Part shown: piece after piece, positions 28,028-35,870 of the stretch | Position numbering within the stretch: position 1 is the stretch's first letter | Layout: every line of letters begins with the position of its first letter | Source of the DNA: an uncultured Desulfosarcina sp. | GTDB lineage: Bacteria > Desulfobacterota > Desulfobacteria > Desulfobacterales > Desulfosarcinaceae | Assembly (NCBI GenBank): GCA_963674945.2 | Contig: CAXXWQ010000002.1 | Span: forward strand, 416,001-480,000 | Length of the DNA stretch: 64,000 nucleotides | Direction of reading: 5' to 3' | The notes under the pieces: model-generated | Told to the model about the DNA's origin: nothing | The model's input: the letters and a program-made list of their open reading frames with translations, nothing else | The model's database searches: none | Position numbers and translations under genes: made by a program

Positions 28028-29075
28028 CTGGGGTATGCACTTAAATCCAGCACATACTATATGTTGTGGCCCAGGTCATCGTCAATTGGATCGAGATTTA
28101 AATTTGCTGCCCCTTCCAAAAACGGTAACGATGCACCTTTAAGAGTACTAGCTGGGGCAGGGTCCACCATCACGGCCTGTTGGACCAGCCTGTAAAATAG
28201 TTTTCCGCGAGACACTGATGTTCTACGGTTGAACCTGAATGTGAATTCATCCAAATAGTACATCAAATGAGACGGTCTGACCGCCCCTTGATAAGTACCA
28301 AGTAACCATCGTTTCATGAGCGACGCTACCAAATGTACAATCTTCAAGTCATGCGATGGAATCGCAATATGCTTAAATCCTTTATCGCCAAGGCTGCTAT
28401 AGCCGGGCCAATCATCCGTCCTGATGGTGCTGCCTGGCTGGGCGATTTCTTGTACAAATTGAGTCAGACTATCTCCCGATGCGTCTTCGAGGTGCCAGAG
28501 TCTAATTCGCCCAATTCCTTTTCGGCCTTTATCCTCCACGGCAATACCGACCAAAGCTTTACCTTCAGCACCCCGACCGCGTTTTCCAGACTTTTTCCCA
28601 CCGACATAGGTTTCATCAACTTCAACAATCCCGGACAATCGGTCACGTCCTGGACGAACCATTGCTCTTCGAAGTTTATGGAGCCATTGCCAGGCGGTAT
28701 TATAACTCCCAAGGTTAAGTACTCTCTGAAGCCCAAGTGCATTAGCTCCGTACTTCTGACCTGTAATGTGCCACATAGCCCGAAACCAAAGAGACAAGGG
28801 CTTTCTGGTGCCGTGAAAAATTGTACCGGAAGTTATCGTAGATTGATTTCCACAATCAGTACAATGAAACTGGGATCGTTTAGTTCTCCACGAGGATGCA
28901 GAACCGCAATGAGGGCAACGGAAGCCTTCGGGCCATCTAAGAGCCATCAAATAGTCAGTGCATCCAGCTTCAGAGCTAAATCGTTTTTCAAATTCTATCA
29001 ACGTTCTGGGGTAATCTTCCTCCATAGACTGGTACACTATATGTTGTGGCCACTGGAGTCAAGTGCATACCCCAG
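28028..29075 (-). mobile_element. Complete IS1595-family element (1048 bp)
   Basis: Inverted ends CTGGGGTATGCACTT; 8-bp target duplication AATTTGAA (28020-28027, 29076-29083). Confidence 0.93.
28057..29037 (-). CDS. IS1595-family transposase
   Basis: RWPEGFRCPHCG zinc ribbon, VEVDETYVGG, TDDW, YLDEFTFRFNRR. Confidence 0.95.
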   Translation of the reverse strand: MYQSMEEDYPRTLIEFEKRFSSEAGCTDYLMALRWPEGFRCPHCGSASSWRTKRSQFHCTDCGNQSTITSGTIFHGTRKPLSLWFRAMWHITGQKYGANALGLQRVLNLGSYNTAWQWLHKLRRAMVRPGRDRLSGIVEVDETYVGGKKSGKRGRGAEGKALVGIAVEDKGRKGIGRIRLWHLEDASGDSLTQFVQEIAQPGSTIRTDDWPGYSSLGDKGFKHIAIPSHDLKIVHLVASLMKRWLLGTYQGAVRPSHLMYYLDEFTFRFNRRTSVSRGKLFYRLVQQAVMVDPAPASTLKGASLPFLEGAANLNLDPIDDDLGHNI

Positions 29076-29168
29076 AATTTGAATTGTTGTTTTGCCACGG
29101 ACACACACAGACGGACAAGGACGGGGTTTGATCAACTGTTCAACTTCGGTTGGGAGAGTAGAATTATA

Positions 29169-30065
29169 ATGCGTAGAACGATAATTTTTTGCATTTGCTC
29201 GTTATCCATTCTATCAATCTCATGTGGTCACCAGGCCAAAAAGCTCAATGCGGCCAATTCACGGCAGGCGCCCATCATTATTGATCACACCTGCACAGAC
29301 CTCGACCGTATTCCTGAGGAGTGGATTGGAAATGCCAAGAAGGACATCCGCATCGCTTATGGCCATACCTCCCACGGCAGTCAGATCATCAGCGGCATGG
29401 AACGTCTTTATCGTGAAAACAAGCTTTTTGCATTCAGCAACGCAGGCTATGGAAGCACTCTTGCCGTCTTTGACCGAGAACCCGGAGGTGATCTGGGAAA
29501 TCCCGACTGCGTCACGTGGGCCGAGCGTACGCGCGAGTACCTGAATTCATGGGGTGATGTAAATGTCATCATGTGGTCATGGTGCGGACAGGTTTCATCC
29601 GCAACCGACAAAGATATCGAAACCTACCTGAATTTAATGAATGAGCTCGAGAACGAATTTCCAGAAGTTGTCTTTGTCCATATGACAGGCCACTTGGACG
29701 GAACCGGTAAGAATGGCAACCTGAATGTAAGAAACGATCAGATCCGCCAGTATTGCAGGGAAAACAACAAGGTGTTGTATGATTTCGCCGATATTGAAAG
29801 CCATGACCCTGATGGCCGGTATCTGCTGGAAGAGTATGCGGACGATGGGTGCAATTACAGAAAGAACAACCAAAAGAGAAATTGGGCCGATGAGTGGTGT
29901 TTACGCCATCCAGGCAGTTGTGAACCATACGCGTGCGCCCATTCCAGACCTCTTAACTGCGATTTGAAAGCCAGAGCCTTTTGGTGGATGGTGGCACGGC
30001 TGGCTGGATGGGGGGATTCGCCACGGACCCACACGGACGCACACGGACAAAGAAAGAAAAGATAA
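29169..30065 (+). CDS. Putative lipoprotein of unknown function (paralog of 40671-41663)
   Basis: Signal ending ISC; motifs IAYGHTSHGSQ, WSWCGQ, MTGH, DFADIE, AHS, KA.A.WW. Confidence 0.7.
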   Translation: MRRTIIFCICSLSILSISCGHQAKKLNAANSRQAPIIIDHTCTDLDRIPEEWIGNAKKDIRIAYGHTSHGSQIISGMERLYRENKLFAFSNAGYGSTLAVFDREPGGDLGNPDCVTWAERTREYLNSWGDVNVIMWSWCGQVSSATDKDIETYLNLMNELENEFPEVVFVHMTGHLDGTGKNGNLNVRNDQIRQYCRENNKVLYDFADIESHDPDGRYLLEEYADDGCNYRKNNQKRNWADEWCLRHPGSCEPYACAHSRPLNCDLKARAFWWMVARLAGWGDSPRTHTDAHGQRKKR

Positions 30066-30101
30066 ATTCGCCACGGACCCACACGGACGCACACGGACAA
30101 A
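30016..30101 (+). repeat. Two copies of ATTCGCCACGGACCCACACGGACGCACACGGACAAA
   Basis: Exact 36-bp copies at 30016 and 30066. Confidence 0.9.
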
Positions 30102-30181
30102 AAACAGATAGGAGATAGCGAACAGGAAGGAATAAAACTGCAAATCGCCTATTGACACACCCCAAAAGTCATTGAATTTTC

Positions 30182-30396
30182 GCTATCAGCTATCAGCTAT
30201 CAGCTATCAGCTATCAGCTATCAGCTATCAGCTATCAGCTATCAGCTATCAGCTATCAGCTATCAGCTATCAGCTATCAGCTATCAGCTATCAGCTATCA
30301 GCTATCAGCTATCAGCTATCAGCTATCAGCTATCAGCTATCAGCTATCAGCTATCAGCTATCAGCTATCAGCTATCAGCTATCAGCTATCAGCTAT
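30182..30396 (+). repeat. Perfect tandem repeat (GCTATCA)30
   Basis: 30 exact heptamers plus GCTAT; reverse complement of the TGATAGC spacer module. Confidence 0.97.
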
Positions 30397-30472
30397 ATCG
30401 TCTGTGTTCGTCCGTGTGTGTCCGTGGCTAAAATTAAACGGCTCTGACGAAAAAGAATTTAGAAAAGCTTTA

Positions 30473-32149
30473 ATGAAAAATACAACAATCCTATTGATGG
30501 CAGCGGCCATCAGTTTATTGCTTTCCTGTAACCAGGATACACGAAGTCAATTCGCGGAATTGGTGACAGCAGGTCAGGAAAGTTACGATGCCGGCGACTA
30601 TGCCCACGCCGTCGGGCAGTGGGACGCTGCCTTGCAGCTTGCACCAGACAAACCCGAGCTCTTGGTGAAGATTGCAAATGCCTACCAGCGATCGGGAGAA
30701 TTCGACAAATCAAACGAAAAACTTCAACAGGCCATCGAGAAAAATTCTCAATCTGTCGAATGTTATTATAAGATGGCCCAAAATCATATCTTGTCCGGTT
30801 ATTTCGATTCGGCCCTGGAAATTTGCCGGAATCTAGAAAAGATGACGCGCCGGGACTATCGACTGATCCTCCTGGAAGGTGATATCTCCTCTTTTAAAGG
30901 GGATTACGATGAAGGCGAATCCCTTTACAGGGAAGCAATCCGGTCAAAAAGCGCACCTTGGGAGGGATATTTCAAGCTGGCGGCCAACCTGTTGGCACAG
31001 GAACGGCCTGATGATGCAGATCAATGTTTCCAGAACGCGGTGAATACCGGTGATCGAACGGCGATCTTGTACTGGCTCCACCGGGCTGAATTCATGGCTT
31101 TGAACGGGGACGCCGAGAGCGCGGAGGCGGCGATGAAGCAAGCCCTGGAGATCGAACCGGACGATCTTTTCATCAAACTGCGAATCGTCAACCTGATGTT
31201 ATCCTATAAAAAGTACGAGTCCCTGCTGGCCTTTTTGGGTGAGCCGGCCGAAGATGAAACGGAGCATCCGGCCATCGAGAAGATAAGGGCGGAGACACTG
31301 CTCAATACCCATCGGCTTGACAAGGCTCGTCCCCTGATCATGCGTCACCGCCTTTCCTCCGATGCCGAGTGGATGCTGGTTTCAGGAAAATACAACCTTC
31401 TGCGCGGAAATGAAACCGCTGCTATCGGTAATCTGGAGATGGCGCTGGAAAAACGAAAAGAGGATCCCAATGCATACTACATGCTGGCGTTGGCCTATAT
31501 AGCCGGCGATAAACTCAATTTGGCAAGCCAGACCCTGATTCAATGTCTCACGCGTTTTCCCCATATGACGGAAGCGCAAATGGCGCTGGCAGCCATTTAT
31601 TACATGAAAGAGGATTACGATCTCAGCGTGGATTATCTGGAAAGGGTGATATCCCATAACCCTGAAAATTTCAGGGCACATCTTTTGCTCGGCAACTGCA
31701 TGCTGGCGACCGGTCAACTCGTTGCGGCCGAGCAAGATTTCAAAAAGGCCACGATCCTCGCCCCCCAATCGATACCCGCACGATACAATCTGGCCTGGCT
31801 CTATCTCGAAAAGGACGTTAACCTGGCAAACGCCTTTGACCTGGCCCGAAAAGCATTCGAAGCAAAACCGGACAATTCGCATTTTGCCCATACACTGGGA
31901 TGGGCGTACCATAAGAAATGTATCAACAATCAGGCCCAGTGGTATTTAAACGAGGCCATACGTCTGGCAGGCGGTCAGGAAAAGGAGTGCAACCCGTATA
32001 GCTGCAAGGCCATATACGCCTATCACCTTTCATTGACCATGCTGGCGGCAGGTCAACAAAAGGAGGCGAAAGAAAAACTTCATTTGGCCGTGGGTGCCGG
32101 CCTGCCGTCTCGATATGAGAAAAGGGCCCTGGAGATTTTACGCCATTAG
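30473..32149 (+). CDS. TPR-repeat lipoprotein (PrsT-like, PEP-CTERM/EPS context)
   Basis: Lipobox LLSC; many TPR helices; YNLAWLY...A..LARKA...P......HTLGWAY motif. Confidence 0.8.
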   Translation: MKNTTILLMAAAISLLLSCNQDTRSQFAELVTAGQESYDAGDYAHAVGQWDAALQLAPDKPELLVKIANAYQRSGEFDKSNEKLQQAIEKNSQSVECYYKMAQNHILSGYFDSALEICRNLEKMTRRDYRLILLEGDISSFKGDYDEGESLYREAIRSKSAPWEGYFKLAANLLAQERPDDADQCFQNAVNTGDRTAILYWLHRAEFMALNGDAESAEAAMKQALEIEPDDLFIKLRIVNLMLSYKKYESLLAFLGEPAEDETEHPAIEKIRAETLLNTHRLDKARPLIMRHRLSSDAEWMLVSGKYNLLRGNETAAIGNLEMALEKRKEDPNAYYMLALAYIAGDKLNLASQTLIQCLTRFPHMTEAQMALAAIYYMKEDYDLSVDYLERVISHNPENFRAHLLLGNCMLATGQLVAAEQDFKKATILAPQSIPARYNLAWLYLEKDVNLANAFDLARKAFEAKPDNSHFAHTLGWAYHKKCINNQAQWYLNEAIRLAGGQEKECNPYSCKAIYAYHLSLTMLAAGQQKEAKEKLHLAVGAGLPSRYEKRALEILRH

Positions 32150-32244
32150 CAGACGGCTTTTTGCCACGGACACACACAGACGCACACGGACGGGGTTTGA
32201 TCTTATATCAAAGGTAAAGAGTGATGAGGTGAAAAGTAAAACAC

Positions 32245-33345
32245 ATGCACATCAAACTCGATCGATGGGCGATCCTTACAATCACGATGGTATTGATCGC
32301 CCTTTTTTTCGGATTGCGTCCCCACGCCTGGTTTGTCGATAATGATGCCAGGTGGCTGCCAAACCATGATGGCCTCCAATTCATGGGCAACGGCATCGCA
32401 TACGTTAGAGATTTGCGCCCGGATATGACAGAAAGCCATCCGGATGCGTTCACGATCGAATTGGTCGCGACGCCGGGAACTGTTCAAATCCGTGGCTTCA
32501 GTCCGCTGCTGGTCCTTAGCGATGGTTCCGATGACCGGCAATTGGCCGTCTGGCAGTATTTGGGGTCACTCATTGTCATGAACGGCGACGATTACGACTA
32601 TCGGCAACGACGGCCGCGCGTCGTTGCCCGCGATGTTTTTTCCGCCGGCCAGGTACGAATGGTCACGATCACGTCCTGTGATCGGGGAACCCGATTGTAT
32701 ATGGATGGTGTGCTTGCGGCGGCCAAGGAAAGCTGGCGGTTGACCATTCCACGAAATTCTCAACCACTGCATCTGGTGCTGGGCAATTCCCTGTATGCCA
32801 AGCATGGGTGGTATGGCCGCCTGCATGGCCTGGCCCTGTTCACCGAAGCCATTGGTGCCGAAGAGATCGAACATCGTTATGATCAATGGGCGGGTAGTAA
32901 TGATTTCAGCCGGATACATGGATCAATGCCGCAGCCTGTCTATTCGTTCGGCAAGCTATCGGGCCAAACCATCGGTGACGAAACCGGAGGCGAACGGCGC
33001 CTCGAATTGCCCAGGCATCTGAAAGTCCTGAAACGATCTTTTCTGTCGGTACCAGGTCGAAAGGAAGCATGGAACCGCAACCTGTTTGGTGACATGCTGA
33101 TCAATGTGATCGGCTTTATCCCCCTGGGATTGGTATTCCGTCGTTTCCTGTCACGAACGTCCCGTATGGGCAATAGTACCATTTTCTGGATGGTCGTTCT
33201 CGCCTGTCTGATGCTCAGCCTGGCCATCGAAATCGTCCAGGCGTGGATCCCGGGCCGAACGTCGAGCCTAACGGACCTGGTGCTGAATACCACCGGGGGA
33301 ATGCTGGGCGCTTGGGTGGGGAAGCAGCCGGTGGATAGGCTCTAG
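32245..33345 (+). CDS. VanZ-family membrane protein with LamG-like periplasmic domain
   Basis: INVIGFIPLG, SLAIEIVQAWIPGRTSSLTDLVLNT.G; LYMDG and LVLGN LamG-like segments. Confidence 0.85.
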   Translation: MHIKLDRWAILTITMVLIALFFGLRPHAWFVDNDARWLPNHDGLQFMGNGIAYVRDLRPDMTESHPDAFTIELVATPGTVQIRGFSPLLVLSDGSDDRQLAVWQYLGSLIVMNGDDYDYRQRRPRVVARDVFSAGQVRMVTITSCDRGTRLYMDGVLAAAKESWRLTIPRNSQPLHLVLGNSLYAKHGWYGRLHGLALFTEAIGAEEIEHRYDQWAGSNDFSRIHGSMPQPVYSFGKLSGQTIGDETGGERRLELPRHLKVLKRSFLSVPGRKEAWNRNLFGDMLINVIGFIPLGLVFRRFLSRTSRMGNSTIFWMVVLACLMLSLAIEIVQAWIPGRTSSLTDLVLNTTGGMLGAWVGKQPVDRL

Positions 33346-33633
33346 AAACTTGGCTCATAGCTCATAGGTGATAGCTGATAGCCCATAGGTGATAGCTGAT
33401 AGGTTATAGCTTGGACAACCTACAAATGACCTGTTGATGGTACAGACGATTCATGACTTTTGCGCTATCAGCGAAAAGCCGACAACCTGTTTTTTCTGCG
33501 CATTTTGTGTCTCTTTGGCGGAAAAATATTCGGGAGTGATCTTTATGGTTTCAGTTGACAGCCGATAAAATACTGTGAAATGAAACGAGGTCATCCTTTT
33601 GCCAACCAATACAAAGCGCCATGGGGGGAATAC

Positions 33634-34128
33634 ATGAAGCGATCAGTTTGGATACTACTCTTTTTGATTTGTGCGACTGTGGTGATGCCGGACGGGGCGA
33701 TGGCAATTGATTTCTCATGGAGTTGGGCGCCCAATGGGTCGACCTATACATCGGGACCGGATGGCGACATCGTTTACGATCTGTACATGCGGGACGACGA
33801 TGATGCCGATTATGCATACGACTATCCGTTGATGGCTGGAATCGAGGATTGCACTGGGGATGATGACCTGTACTCGTGCAGGGCTTCTTTGGATTATGAC
33901 TTTATGCCCGGAGTAAACTACTATTTCGTCGTTGTCGCCTATCTTTCGGAAGATCCCGCTTTGCGAAGCGCCTCTTCCAACGAAGTGCACTACTATATCG
34001 ATCCTGCCAATGAAGAACCGGTCATTGAAGAACCCGGCTTGCAGGATAGTGGTGCCGGAGGGGGCGGCGGATGTTTCGTTGATTCCAATATCATTGAATT
34101 TTTTTCCGGTTGTGATACGAATAAATAA
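33634..34128 (+). CDS. Secreted FN3-like protein with GGGGGCFV C-terminal motif
   Basis: Signal peptide; FSWSW, YDLY, PGVNYYFVVVAY...S..SNEV; CFI-box-like tail. Confidence 0.7.
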   Translation: MKRSVWILLFLICATVVMPDGAMAIDFSWSWAPNGSTYTSGPDGDIVYDLYMRDDDDADYAYDYPLMAGIEDCTGDDDLYSCRASLDYDFMPGVNYYFVVVAYLSEDPALRSASSNEVHYYIDPANEEPVIEEPGLQDSGAGGGGGCFVDSNIIEFFSGCDTNK

Positions 34129-34240
34129 ATCTTTCTATTACTTGCGGCAAATTCGACAATCGTTTGGATTAATTTCGTTTCCGTTTTTAACTCCCCTATG
34201 TGAACCGCTGGGGGAAACCGTGACCATCGATCGGTACCGC

Positions 34241-35536
34241 ATGCGCATTCAAGATACCGCTGACCGACGTGCTTTCTGCAGCTTTTCCCTGTGCTTGTGG
34301 CTTCTGTTTTGCCTCGGGACGGATGCCATCGCCGATTTTCATTTCACCCCACGCCTATCGGCCGGTGTCGCCTATACGGACAACGTTTTTTTGACTCCGG
34401 ATCGCGAAGAGCACGACATCATCACCTTCGTTTCTCCCGGTATCGCTCTGGAGTGGACGGGTCGAAACAGTGCTCTGGGCATTGACTATGCCCCGATTTA
34501 CAACAGCTACCTGCGGTTTCCGGAATATACCTATTGGGGCCACAGTGCGACGTTGGACGGGTGGACCGAAGTTGCCCGTGGCACCCGGCTGGAATTGACC
34601 AACACCGCTACCTATACCCAGGATCCGCCGGATACCGAGACCGATACCACGGTCCGGCAAGGCAGAGAACCGTATTTCACCAACACGGCCACCATCGGCG
34701 TGGTCAATCAGTTCGGTGCCGAAAACAGCATCGCATTGCATTACACCCACTACATTCTCGAAAACGAAGACATTACCATCGAAGACAGTTCCTATCATCG
34801 GCCGGAAATCCTGATCACCCACTGGTTTTCCCCCAACCGCTATGCCTTGGAAATGGAGGCGCTGTATACCGTCAGCAACTTCGATGTGTCTGCGGATTTC
34901 GATGATCTGGACGCCCGGATTCGATTTACCAAGCGTTTCAACAGCCACCTGGACGGGTATCTCGAATATGGTCATGTCTACCTCGACTATTACGACGACA
35001 CCGAGGAGGATTATCAGGTATACAGTCCACTGGCGGGTTTCATCTGGGATGAGCGGTCCAACACGCACTTTGGCGCCAGCTTCGGTTATTTTTATCGGGA
35101 CAACGAGTTCAGCGAAGACGACGACGGCATCGTCGGAACCATTGAGATGAGCTATGCCTATTCCAGAGAGAGCACTTTCTCGATGCTCGGAGACGTGGGG
35201 TATGACCGTGCCAATTTCGGTGCGGAAAACCTGGGATTCAATCCCTACTATTCGGTTTCGGGCTCCGTTGATCACCGGATCAACCGCCTGCTCGCGGGCA
35301 TTGTGACCGCCGGGTATCGACGGAACCTCTACATCGACGAAACCCCCGACAGGGAGGATGCCGTATGGTATGCCGGCGCCGGTCTGGCCTACCAGCCGCT
35401 GGCATGGCTGACGTTCAATCTGGATTATGAATACAGGCAGATCAACTCCAACGTCGACATCAACGATTATACGGAGAACCGGGTAACCTTTTCGTTTCGG
35501 TTGGCGCCGGGGCAGCCGGTGCGGTTTGGGAGATAG
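34241..35536 (+). CDS. Outer-membrane beta-barrel protein (EPS/PEP-CTERM-associated)
   Basis: TPRLS....YTDNVFL, SPG, alternating aromatic strands, SN....DYTENRV C-terminus; start uncertain (34219 GTG possible). Confidence 0.8.
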   Translation: MRIQDTADRRAFCSFSLCLWLLFCLGTDAIADFHFTPRLSAGVAYTDNVFLTPDREEHDIITFVSPGIALEWTGRNSALGIDYAPIYNSYLRFPEYTYWGHSATLDGWTEVARGTRLELTNTATYTQDPPDTETDTTVRQGREPYFTNTATIGVVNQFGAENSIALHYTHYILENEDITIEDSSYHRPEILITHWFSPNRYALEMEALYTVSNFDVSADFDDLDARIRFTKRFNSHLDGYLEYGHVYLDYYDDTEEDYQVYSPLAGFIWDERSNTHFGASFGYFYRDNEFSEDDDGIVGTIEMSYAYSRESTFSMLGDVGYDRANFGAENLGFNPYYSVSGSVDHRINRLLAGIVTAGYRRNLYIDETPDREDAVWYAGAGLAYQPLAWLTFNLDYEYRQINSNVDINDYTENRVTFSFRLAPGQPVRFGR

Positions 35537-35586
35537 GCTGTAGCCCAAAGACTGCAGGCTGTAGGCCGATGGTATGGGAGATACCT

Positions 35587-35796
35587 TTGCGGGACCACAC
35601 GAAGTTAAGAGCATTTGAATTGGCGGATGAATTAGCGATACTTACTTATCGTGTGACACGTAATTTCCCAAAATCCGAGATTTATGGACTTTCTTCCCAG
35701 ATGAGAAGGGCCGCCGTTTCGGTGCCGTCAACGATTGTGGAGGGGTGTGCTAGAGAACGCCAGGCAGAATATCTGCAAAACTATGAGGCATTATAG
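35587..35796 (+). pseudogene. Four-helix-bundle protein (TIGR02436 / 23S-IVP family), 3'-truncated
   Basis: RDHTKLRAFELAD...FPKSEIYGLSSQMRRAAVSVPS.IVEGCAR; only ~69 aa versus roughly 115-120 usual; RBS GGGAG before TTG. Confidence 0.88.
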
Positions 35797-35870
35797 ACTA
35801 TAACCTGTCGCCTACAGTCTAATCTGCTAAACTTATTGGAGGCTCCATGAACATATATACAGGCCATGGC

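Noticed and set aside
30172..30447. 91-aa ORF (YQLSAIS)n
   Set aside because: Translation of the heptamer tract; TTG start with no RBS.
33932..34218. N-terminal extension of the beta-barrel ORF
   Set aside because: Overlaps the upstream FN3-like gene; the signal-like segment begins after ~34241.
35587..35796. Diversity-generating retroelement (Avd-like gene)
   Set aside because: No reverse transcriptase and no template/variable repeat pair with adenine-specific mismatches seen.
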